Part shown: piece by piece, positions 18,105 through 25,438 of the stretch
Layout of the letters: every line of letters starts with the position of its first letter
How positions within the stretch are numbered: the first letter of the stretch is position 1
Assembly (NCBI GenBank): GCA_964545975.1
Contig: CAZJHY010000002.1
Location: forward strand, 18,867 to 82,866
Direction: 5' to 3'
Length of the DNA stretch: 64,000 nucleotides
From: an uncultured Clostridia bacterium
Lineage (GTDB): Bacteria > Bacillota > DTU025 > MWDF01
The notes under the pieces: model-generated
What the model was told of the DNA's origin: nothing
Seen by the model: the letters and a program-made list of their open reading frames with translations, nothing else
Databases searched by the model: none
Program-made: the position numbers and the translations under genes

Positions 18105-19919
18105 TTAGAAGGCGATGAACTCGAAGCCATCCTTGCCGAAAACTGCAAGGCAGGCATCCACTACTTCCCTGTCGAAGGTTATCGCCGATTTCGAGGCTAT
18201 CTCCTCCAACGCCGCCGCAATCCCGAGCGCCGGCCTGTATGGCCTGTTTGAGGACATGGCCTCCACGACGTCTGCTACTGCCAGTATCCTTGCCTCCTTC
18301 AGTATTTGGCTCCCTACAAGCCTGTTCGGGTAGCCGGACCCGTCCATCCTCTCATGATGCTGATAGGCGATTTCCGCAAGAGGCCAAGGAAATTCGATAT
18401 CCTTCAGGATACGCCAGCTCATCTCGCTGTGGGTCCTGAGAATCTCCAGCTCCACATCCTCAAGCCTGCCGGGTTTGGTAAGGATCTCGATGGGAATGTC
18501 AATCTTTCCAATATCGTGAACAATCCCTGCCAACTCCAGGCCCTTAAGGGCATCGGATGAAAGGCCCAGCCTGCTGCCTATAGCCTTTGCCAATTGCGCT
18601 ACCCTTCTTTGATGGCCCGCAGTGTAAAGGTCGCGCGCTTCAGATGCCGTGGCGAGCACGCTTATGGTCTGTATCCACGTCCGCTCAAGCTGCTTGACCT
18701 GGACCATAAGCCTCTCGTTAACGTCTCGGACCAGCCTTTCCGTGCTTTTGCGCTCTGTTATGTCATGGCTCATCCCGATTATGCCGGTAATCTTTCCGTC
18801 ATTGTCCTTGACAGGGGACAAGGTTATCTCAAAATCCCTTTCGCCGGTAAGAGTAGGCAGCCTTTCCTCTATGATGATGTTGCGGGTGCCTTCCAAGACC
18901 TTCAGGTCGAGCGCGCTGAGCCGGTCGGCGTTTCTTTTGGGCAGTATATCGTAATAGGTCATGCCAACCATGTCAGACGGAGGAAGGCCGCACCTGTCGG
19001 CCAGGGTCTTGCTGACCATCTGGAACCTTCCTTCAGTATCCTTATAGAAGATTCCGTCCGGGGCGACCTCAAATAGCGATCTGACGAAATCGAGGGCCTT
19101 CCTAAGCTCGTCTTCAAAAAGCTTCCTTTCGCTTATGTCCTGGTAAATCGCAAAAAACGCTACCTCCTGCTCCCTGTATGTTATGGGAAGCCCGATGAAG
19201 TGCACGTCAAGGAGCTTTCCATCCTTCCTCTTCCTTTTTCCCGTGGCGGAAAGCACATGCCCTGAGGAGCTCTCCCTGGTCAAGTCCATCGCTTCCGGAA
19301 GCTCCCCATGCGGGACGATCAGGTCATCGGCCTTCCGGCCAATCATTTCAGACCTCTCGAAACCGAACATGCTAGTACAGGCCTTGTTTATGTTTATAAT
19401 TGCCCCATCTCTTTCCGAGAGCATGATCGCCATCGGATAATTGTCGAAAAGCTGCTCGAGAAGCGCTACCTCAAGCCTGCCCTCCGAGCCCTGCCCCCGA
19501 GGATTGAAGGCGCTCATGTTCACCATGTATGATTCCGCGCCTATCTGCGTGCAGTAGGCCTCGAACCACATCCTCTTCTCCGGGCCGACCTTCAAAGGCA
19601 GGTCGAATGAGCGGATACCGGTGCTGAAAAGCTCATTGAGCTCAGCTTCTGCTACGTGGCTCCAGTTATCGGGGACAAAATCAGTCAGGGTGCGGCCGAT
19701 AAGGGCTTCAGCGGTCTCGCTGAAAAGCTCTGCAAAGGTTCTGCTCGCATGCAGGATGCGTCCGTCGGAGCCAAGCAGCACATTATGGAACATGCTTCCC
19801 GGGCCGATTGCAAGCGGCACGGCCTCATTATCATCGGCAGCAGCCCCTGCATCCTCGATTCCCATAATCGCAATTTTGAAGATGAGGCTTCGAACCCCAG
19901 TATATGGGCATGGCAACAA
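18105..19919 (-). CDS. PAS/HD-GYP domain protein; start uncertain and possibly the 3' part of a frameshifted longer gene
   Basis: HDIGKIDIP...HHERMDGSGYPNRL. Candidate starts are TTG 19919, ATG 19865 and ATG 19793, none with a good RBS. It overlaps the upstream PAS ORF by 89 nt in the +1 frame. Confidence 0.8.
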   Translation of the reverse strand: MLPCPYTGVRSLIFKIAIMGIEDAGAAADDNEAVPLAIGPGSMFHNVLLGSDGRILHASRTFAELFSETAEALIGRTLTDFVPDNWSHVAEAELNELFSTGIRSFDLPLKVGPEKRMWFEAYCTQIGAESYMVNMSAFNPRGQGSEGRLEVALLEQLFDNYPMAIMLSERDGAIININKACTSMFGFERSEMIGRKADDLIVPHGELPEAMDLTRESSSGHVLSATGKRKRKDGKLLDVHFIGLPITYREQEVAFFAIYQDISERKLFEDELRKALDFVRSLFEVAPDGIFYKDTEGRFQMVSKTLADRCGLPPSDMVGMTYYDILPKRNADRLSALDLKVLEGTRNIIIEERLPTLTGERDFEITLSPVKDNDGKITGIIGMSHDITERKSTERLVRDVNERLMVQVKQLERTWIQTISVLATASEARDLYTAGHQRRVAQLAKAIGSRLGLSSDALKGLELAGIVHDIGKIDIPIEILTKPGRLEDVELEILRTHSEMSWRILKDIEFPWPLAEIAYQHHERMDGSGYPNRLVGSQILKEARILAVADVVEAMSSNRPYRPALGIAAALEEIASKSAITFDREVVDACLAVFGKDGFEFIAF

Positions 19920-20577
19920 TGTCGCATAAAGACCTTCGCCCCCTAGCCGGGGAGAAGATCAGCTCGGCGTGGCGCATCTCGCCTCTCATCGCAGAGGAAA
20001 GCAGCTCGACTGCCTTCATCTTCTCGATTTCCAGCAGGTCATATATGCTCTTTCCCGTTAGATCGGCATTATATGCGGCAGCCATCCTTGCTGCCATGGA
20101 ATTGACATCGACTATCCTGCCCGTACTGATTTCGATAATCAGGATGGGGAGCTTGTTTTGAAGGAATTTACCTTCCTTGTAGGCATTAGTGGCGGGATGC
20201 CACCTGTTTCTTTGCCTGTGGTAGGTAATAAGCAAGAACTCTCCGTCGGAACAAAGGAAATGCAAGTCCCTTCTTCTTATCGATGGGCTGCCTAAGTGCT
20301 CAGTTCTGGGGGTTCCGCTTGCCTTCGAAACCTTGCCTGATGCAACGCCAGGAGGGCAGACAGGAAGTCCGTCAGGGCCGGACATCTGCTCGCACGACCT
20401 ACCCACCGCCTCTTCGGCGCCGATGCCCAGGTAATCGGCCATGATATCGCTAACCCAAACCACTTCGAGGGTCTGCTTCCTTAAAATGAGAGCAAGCTGA
20501 TCAAAGGCGCTGAAGATATCGATCAGCCCCTTCAGGTCAAGCTCCCTGAGGATGGCAGTGAACGCTTCTTGTTTCAT
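19831..20577 (-). CDS. Tandem-PAS protein (possible 5' part of the split sensor gene)
   Basis: The start was set to the ATG at 20577 (MKQEAF..), because the longer track ORF runs antisense through tRNA-Asp. It contains two PAS-like modules. The last PAS is truncated by the stop at 19831. Confidence 0.65.
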   Translation of the reverse strand: MKQEAFTAILRELDLKGLIDIFSAFDQLALILRKQTLEVVWVSDIMADYLGIGAEEAVGRSCEQMSGPDGLPVCPPGVASGKVSKASGTPRTEHLGSPSIRRRDLHFLCSDGEFLLITYHRQRNRWHPATNAYKEGKFLQNKLPILIIEISTGRIVDVNSMAARMAAAYNADLTGKSIYDLLEIEKMKAVELLSSAMRGEMRHAELIFSPARGRRSLCDIVAMPIYWGSKPHLQNCDYGNRGCRGCCR

Positions 20578-20699
20578 GGTCTGGTGCCCTTCCGTCGCGG
20601 TTGCGCATTGGATGTTATGAATATTAATACTATGCCTAAATGCTTTCTCCTTCCCTGTTCCCTGCTTGGCCTGATTATTGTATAATCTTATAGCAACGC

Positions 20700-20776
20700 G
20701 GAGGCGTGGTGTAGTGGTCAAACATGCCTGCCTGTCACGCAGGAGAACGCGGGTTCGACTCCCGTCGCTTCCGCCA
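20700..20776 (+). tRNA. tRNA-Asp: tRNA-Asp (anticodon GTC), CCA encoded
   Basis: Acceptor stem is GGAGGCG with CGCTTCC. Anticodon arm is CCTGC-CTGTCAC-GCAGG. T loop is TTCGACT. Discriminator G is followed by CCA. Confidence 0.93.
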
Positions 20777-20942
20777 TCTTTCTGGTTCATTGGGAGAACA
20801 GCCTGCCGGCAGCGGCAGGCTGTAGCCTCATCGTAAGCTGCATTCGAATGCGCCCACCTGTTATAACCTGTGAGGATGTGTTGGCACTTACCGGCGATAA
20901 GCGATCAGGAGCATCCGCCAAACAATGCCCGTAAGGGCTAAC

Positions 20943-20972
20943 TTGCCTAGCGGGCAGTCCAGGGTCTATAAT
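20943..20972 (+). promoter_or_regulatory. Sigma70-like promoter for tRNA-Gly
   Basis: TTGCCT (20943-20948), N18, TATAAT (20967-20972). The tRNA starts 12 nt downstream. Confidence 0.5.
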
Positions 20973-20984
20973 ATCTTCTGCCGA

Positions 20985-21059
20985 GCGGATGTAGCCCAGT
21001 GGTAGGGCAATGGCTTCCCAAGCCATGTGTCGCGGGTTCGAATCCCGTCATCCGCTCCA
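20985..21059 (+). tRNA. tRNA-Gly: tRNA-Gly (anticodon CCC), CCA encoded
   Basis: Acceptor stem is GCGGATG with CATCCGC. Anticodon arm is ATGGC-TTCCCAA-GCCAT. T loop is TTCGAAT. Confidence 0.93.
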
Positions 21060-21250
21060 TTTCTTTGCCTGATTTGCGAAGCGCCGAATCCCTCAAAACA
21101 ATTAAAGGCAGCATGGATGACTATTGCCGGCTGATGACGCATAAGCTTAGGGAACCCCTGCACCGCAGACATGACGAGTACTCCGGCAAGCCTGGATCTC
21201 ACCCTCTTTTGCTACGCCTGTTATAGGACCCTAAGCCGGGCAGTAGTATC

Positions 21251-21730
21251 ATGAAGGCAGAGAGAATGAATGCGGCAATCAAGGAGGCTTTTTTACTTAT
21301 GCCCAGATATGGCTATATCAGGGAAGCTGAGGCGGGCGCATCGGATTCTCCTGCAGAGAAGGTGAAGATGGGTTCTGATGTAGTCTACATCGAGGAACCC
21401 CCAACCACCCCAGCTGGCAGGCCGCGCCTTAATAAGCTAATGGCGGAGATAGGCGAGGGGGATTATCTTGTGACAGCCTCGTTCTCCGAGATAGCAGGGT
21501 CGTCGCATCTGCTTATGAACATAGTCTCAGTTCTAAACGCCAAGGGGGCCGACTTGATTAGCCTCAGGGAGGGTGTAGATACCTCCACAGGCGAAGGCAA
21601 AGCCGTGATCCGTGCCATGATGGCACTTAAGGAGCTTGATGAGGCCTCGATGGCCGAATGGACCAGGAACAGGGTGGATTACATTAAGAGGAATGCGTCG
21701 CCCAAGCACCAGATCGGAAGAAAGAAGTAA
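21251..21730 (+). CDS. Resolvase/serine-recombinase catalytic-domain homolog lacking the catalytic Ser and the HTH domain
   Basis: GRPRLNKLMAEIGEGDYLV...ISLREGVDTSTGEGKAVIRAMMALKELD aligns to the resolvase N-domain. YGYIREAEAG replaces Y-x-R-V-S-T, and FSEIAGS replaces LDRLGRS. The protein ends at GRKK. Confidence 0.6.
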   Translation: MKAERMNAAIKEAFLLMPRYGYIREAEAGASDSPAEKVKMGSDVVYIEEPPTTPAGRPRLNKLMAEIGEGDYLVTASFSEIAGSSHLLMNIVSVLNAKGADLISLREGVDTSTGEGKAVIRAMMALKELDEASMAEWTRNRVDYIKRNASPKHQIGRKK

Positions 21731-21772
21731 GGAAAGCGCCACGGGAGTTAAGGCCTCCATGACATCAGGTGC

Positions 21773-21991
21773 TCATCTTGCCAGCTCGAGAACTATAAGC
21801 GCAGAATCGGAAGCCCTCTGGATCACGGTGCGCTTCTTCAGGGCTGCAACCTTACGAACTGCCTCTTCGGGCTCGCCTGTGTCGACTGTCACAATTACTG
21901 GGCAGCCTCCAGAAACTGCTATGGCGCGCCTTACAATCTCCCCTGCCATTCTTCTATCAAGCCCGCGGGCATCGACTTCAACCTTATTCAC
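21773..21991 (-). CDS. Small TusA/SirA-fold-like protein without the active-site Cys-Pro
   Basis: VDARGLDRRMAGEIVRRA...VTVDTGEPEEAV resembles TusA D-x-RGL-CP-x-P...V..DD. The CP is replaced by DR. It overlaps the upstream DUF937 gene by 8 nt. Confidence 0.4.
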   Translation of the reverse strand: MNKVEVDARGLDRRMAGEIVRRAIAVSGGCPVIVTVDTGEPEEAVRKVAALKKRTVIQRASDSALIVLELAR

Positions 21992-22580
21992 CGGGCAATT
22001 TCCTTCCCAGGGAACCTAAGAGGCCCCCGATGTCATCCATAATGTCGCCGTCACCGTCAGCATCAAGAAGCCTCGTCGCCAACCCGGCGACATTGCCGCC
22101 TCCGAGCTTGCTTGCCGATCCGGTAAGCGACGACAGCAGGCCGGGGATACCTTCTGTGCCAATATTGCTGCTCTTCTTCTGCTGACCGAGAAGCCCTAAT
22201 AAAAGTGGAGCGAACTGAGAAAGAAGCCCTGCTACCTGGCTTGCGTCAAGCCCGGTGCTTCGTGCGATGCCCACCTCCACTTTCTGTTGCTTTCCGGAGA
22301 ATATGTGGCTTAGTATCTTCGCACCGTCATCAGTGTCCACAGAATCGAAGAAGCTGTCGAAGTCATCCACCTTTGAATCGGCATGCCTATCGAGCGCCCT
22401 CGAAAGAGATTCTGCGCCTTCCTGGGTGCTGGTATTCCTGGACATTGCAGTAAGAAGCGTGGGTAAGGCCAGCTGCGCCATCTGCATGACCTGGTCTGGC
22501 TTGGCCTGTACCTTGCTGCCGATTTTATTAAGCGTATTTGGGTTCATCAATCCGCCGGCAAGCATTTCCAATAGATCCAT
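21984..22580 (-). CDS. DUF937 (YidB-like) domain protein
   Basis: An N-terminal block (LLEMLAGGL...LALPTLLTAMSRN) and a Gly/Leu-rich C-terminus are typical of DUF937. Confidence 0.55.
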   Translation of the reverse strand: MDLLEMLAGGLMNPNTLNKIGSKVQAKPDQVMQMAQLALPTLLTAMSRNTSTQEGAESLSRALDRHADSKVDDFDSFFDSVDTDDGAKILSHIFSGKQQKVEVGIARSTGLDASQVAGLLSQFAPLLLGLLGQQKKSSNIGTEGIPGLLSSLTGSASKLGGGNVAGLATRLLDADGDGDIMDDIGGLLGSLGRKLPGE

Positions 22581-22721
22581 AATAATCCCCCCTCAATAAT
22601 CTAATTCTAACATGCGGGAACAGCAGTGCCCTTCTATGGGATTTCAAGAAACCGGGTTACTATGCAATGCCTGTGATGATAGAATCGTTTTATCCTTTAG
22701 ACTGCCTACGGAGGTGCACTG

Positions 22722-23666
22722 ATGCGCTACAGGATTCTGATGTTGCTTCTGGTTGCAGCGATTGTGTCATCATACGCCGCCTTGGCATTTGCGGCTGACG
22801 GCACATGGACCGAGGCGAAAGTAAAATATGACGGGTACGAGAGGGAATATGCGACCTATATACCGGCCTCCTGGAAGAGGGGTGGCCCTGTCATGGTCTT
22901 CTTCCATGGGTTTACGCTGGGCTTCAGGGATTACAGGAAGGGTTCCGGCATTCTGGAGGCATCCGACAAGCACTCGATTGCGCTTCTGATGCCTAACGGG
23001 CTGGCCCTGAAGGTTAAGTCAGCAGCATGGATTCTAAACCCCAGGGTCTGGGATATGGGGCAGGTGCAGGACAGAAACGAGTTCGTGGACGATGCCGGGT
23101 TCGTAAGCTGGCTTATCAACGATTTTGTTGCGCAAAACGGTGCTGATGCCGGAAGAGTGTTCCTCGGCGGGCATTCAAACGGCGCCTTCTTCGCGCATTA
23201 CCTGGCAGGGCTGAACCCAGGCAGGTTCGCCGGGCTGGCATCTATAATGGGAAGATTCTACAAGCTCACTGTGCCGAAGGCCATACCTCCCATGCCAACG
23301 GTGATAATCAACGGGCTTCAGGATCCTATCCTTCCCATCGAGGGCAAGGATGGAAATGCCCCGCAGCAGAACGTGCCCGCAGCCCAGGAGAACATAGAAT
23401 ACTGGGCATCGATAATGGGGCTTGAGGCATCCGCATCGCGAAGCGAGCTGAAGGAGGGCGGATACCGCCTCCAATACAAGGATGCGTTCGGAAAAGTAAT
23501 GCTTGTAGCCGATTACGTCGACAAGCAGGGTCACTGGATACCGGGAGCCCGGCCTTCAGTATTCCAGGCGTTCTTCGCAGGCCCGATAAACATGAGCTAC
23601 AAGGGGTTCGACAGGGCCTTCGGCATGCTTCTGGGATCGACCGGAGAAGGTTTCGGCATTTATTAG
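22722..23666 (+). CDS. Secreted alpha/beta-hydrolase, PHB-depolymerase/LpqC-type esterase family
   Basis: Signal peptide is present. Motifs are VMVFFHGFT and the nucleophile elbow GGHSNGA. GGAGG RBS is present. Confidence 0.65.
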   Translation: MRYRILMLLLVAAIVSSYAALAFAADGTWTEAKVKYDGYEREYATYIPASWKRGGPVMVFFHGFTLGFRDYRKGSGILEASDKHSIALLMPNGLALKVKSAAWILNPRVWDMGQVQDRNEFVDDAGFVSWLINDFVAQNGADAGRVFLGGHSNGAFFAHYLAGLNPGRFAGLASIMGRFYKLTVPKAIPPMPTVIINGLQDPILPIEGKDGNAPQQNVPAAQENIEYWASIMGLEASASRSELKEGGYRLQYKDAFGKVMLVADYVDKQGHWIPGARPSVFQAFFAGPINMSYKGFDRAFGMLLGSTGEGFGIY

Positions 23667-23695
23667 GGTCGGAAGCATGGATGGGATGCGGTAAA

Positions 23696-23724
23696 TTGAC
23701 ATGCTTGCATCCAGTTGGTAAAAT
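23696..23724 (+). promoter_or_regulatory. Consensus sigma70 promoter for tRNA-Thr
   Basis: TTGACA (23696-23701), N17, TAAAAT (23719-23724). Confidence 0.6.
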
Positions 23725-23743
23725 CAAGTCTGCTATAGGGTTT

Positions 23744-23818
23744 GCCGGTGTAGCTCAGTGGTAGAGCAGCGCATTCGTAATGCGCGGGTCGCGGGTTCAA
23801 CTCCCATCACCGGCTCCA
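23744..23818 (+). tRNA. tRNA-Thr: tRNA-Thr (anticodon CGT), CCA encoded
   Basis: Acceptor stem is GCCGGTG with CACCGGC. D arm is TAGCTCAGTGGTAGAGC. Anticodon arm is GCGCA-TTCGTAA-TGCGC. Confidence 0.93.
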
Positions 23819-23828
23819 TAGGAATAAC

Positions 23829-23860
23829 AGCCGCGGAGGTCGGATGGCCCTGCGGCTTTT
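23829..23860 (+). terminator. Hairpin plus T4 after tRNA-Thr
   Basis: AGCCGC (23829-23834) pairs with GCGGCT (23852-23857), followed by TTTT. Confidence 0.45.
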
Positions 23861-23884
23861 CCTTACATATCGCTGGAGGGCGGC

Positions 23885-24334
23885 ATGAAGATAGACTTGC
23901 ACGGAATGAGGACAAGAGATGCGATTGAGCTTTTCATAGCCCGGTATAACAAGCTTCTCTCGGAAGGAGGGGAGAGGCTTGAGGTGGTGCACGGCTACGG
24001 CTCTTCCGGTGTAGGAGGTGACATCAGAGGTGCCATCAGAGTCCTCATGGATGCATACCCGGGCAAGGTAAGATATATTAATGGTGAGATGATTGGAAAC
24101 AAGGGCGTCACAGTCGTAATACCGGATGGGCCGCTGCCCTCGCGAAGGGCGTCTGTCGCAGCGATTGTGAAAACCCATCTGGGTGTTAAGCCGGTGAGCG
24201 CATATTCGCTTGAGGAGAAGCTCAGCGGCCTAGCCAGCGCTGATGAGATTATTTCGGGCCTATCCGCCCTCGTGGCACAGGGAGCGGCAATTAAGATAGT
24301 CCAGGATGGCAGGGTCCTTTACAAGAGAAGATAG
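23885..24334 (+). CDS. Smr (MutS2 C-terminal-like) domain protein
   Basis: MKIDLHGMRTRDA...LEVVHGYGSSG matches the Smr D-L-H-G and H-G-x-G blocks. Confidence 0.65.
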   Translation: MKIDLHGMRTRDAIELFIARYNKLLSEGGERLEVVHGYGSSGVGGDIRGAIRVLMDAYPGKVRYINGEMIGNKGVTVVIPDGPLPSRRASVAAIVKTHLGVKPVSAYSLEEKLSGLASADEIISGLSALVAQGAAIKIVQDGRVLYKRR

Positions 24335-24343
24335 GATGGAGGT

Positions 24344-24736
24344 ATGCGCATGGCAAGCAAGGATGTCTACAATTACACGCTGAAGATAGACAAGGACGGA
24401 AGGACTTGGATGTTCAACGAGACAGGCGAGATAGACAGGCCGGAAAATTCCATAAGCTACATGCTCGTAGGCCTATTGAGCTGCATGGGGCTTACAGCCC
24501 AGTCGATTCTCGAAAAGATGAAGATCGATTATGAGAAAGTCGTTATGAACGGCCTTCTCTACATGGTCGACGAGAAGATCAGATACGGAAACAGGATAGA
24601 GTGCAGCTTGAGCCTTGAAGGAGGCCCTGAGCTGGATGGAGAGACGAAGGCAAGGATAGCCCAGATAACCAAGAAGTACTGCACGGTCTCCGTAACCATC
24701 GAGAAGAATCCCGAGATCACCCTTTCCATGAAATAA
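24344..24736 (+). CDS. OsmC/Ohr-family-like protein
   Basis: The size and the central block (GLLSCMGLTAQS) resemble the OsmC family. This is a weak call. Confidence 0.4.
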   Translation: MRMASKDVYNYTLKIDKDGRTWMFNETGEIDRPENSISYMLVGLLSCMGLTAQSILEKMKIDYEKVVMNGLLYMVDEKIRYGNRIECSLSLEGGPELDGETKARIAQITKKYCTVSVTIEKNPEITLSMK

Positions 24737-24745
24737 GGTGATCGA

Positions 24746-25369
24746 ATGGTAAAGCCGCCTACTTTTCTCGTAAGGCTTAAGGACTATCTGATAGCAGGGC
24801 TGCTGCTGGTGGCCCCGATAGTCCTCACGATCTATGCACTGATCTGGTCGTTCAACCTCCTTGACGGGATATTGAGCCCCATAGTCATCAAGATAGCAGG
24901 ACGACCGCTTCCCGGCGTAGGGCTTGTTTCCGGCTTTCTCATCACTCTATTGGCCGGTGTGCTCACAAGAGGGTGGGTCACGAGAAGATTAATGAAGTGG
25001 ATGGAGCTGTCCGTATCCAGACTGCCTCTCATAAGGCCGCTATATGGCACTTTGAAACAGCTGACCAACGCCCTTCTGTCAGGAAGCGACAAGAACATGT
25101 TCAAGCGCGTCGTGATGCTGGAGTACCCCAAGGCAGGGGTGTGGAGCATCGGTTTCGTCACTTCGGAAGAGATGGGCGAGCTTGGAAGGCAGATTGAGTC
25201 AAAGATGGGGAAGCATCTGTGCTCGGTATTCATGGTATCTTCCCCCAACCCGACGACCGGCTGGCTGATATTGGTGCCGGAAGAGAACCTGATAACCTTG
25301 AACGTGAGCGTCGAGGAAGCGCTTAAGCTCATAGTCTCGGGCGGTTATGTAAGACCGGAGGACAAATAG
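24746..25369 (+). CDS. DUF502 family membrane protein
   Basis: Two N-terminal TM helices are present. Blocks PLIRPLYGTLKQL, EYPKAGVWSIGFVT and PNPTTGWL..VP are typical of DUF502. Confidence 0.7.
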   Translation: MVKPPTFLVRLKDYLIAGLLLVAPIVLTIYALIWSFNLLDGILSPIVIKIAGRPLPGVGLVSGFLITLLAGVLTRGWVTRRLMKWMELSVSRLPLIRPLYGTLKQLTNALLSGSDKNMFKRVVMLEYPKAGVWSIGFVTSEEMGELGRQIESKMGKHLCSVFMVSSPNPTTGWLILVPEENLITLNVSVEEALKLIVSGGYVRPEDK

Positions 25370-25385
25370 GTTTACCTACAACGAG

Positions 25386-25421
25386 AAGGCGCCGCAGGTC
25401 TTTTGACCGCGGCGCCTTTTT
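25386..25421. terminator. Bidirectional terminator between convergent genes
   Basis: AAGGCGCCGC pairs with GCGGCGCCTT (10 bp) around a 13-nt loop, followed by a T run. Confidence 0.65.
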
Positions 25422-25438
25422 ACGCTCCCTAGCTTAAG

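Noticed and set aside
20578-20790. N-terminal 71 codons of track ORF 19831..20790.
   Set aside because: This part is the reverse translation of tRNA-Asp and its promoter region. The internal ATG at 20577 (MKQEAF..) begins the PAS-like sequence.
21060-23743. Attachment-site direct repeats or an integrase that would define a bona fide genomic island at tRNA-Gly/tRNA-Thr.
   Set aside because: I found no repeat of either tRNA 3' end by eye and no intact recombinase. It was kept only as a low-confidence islet hypothesis.
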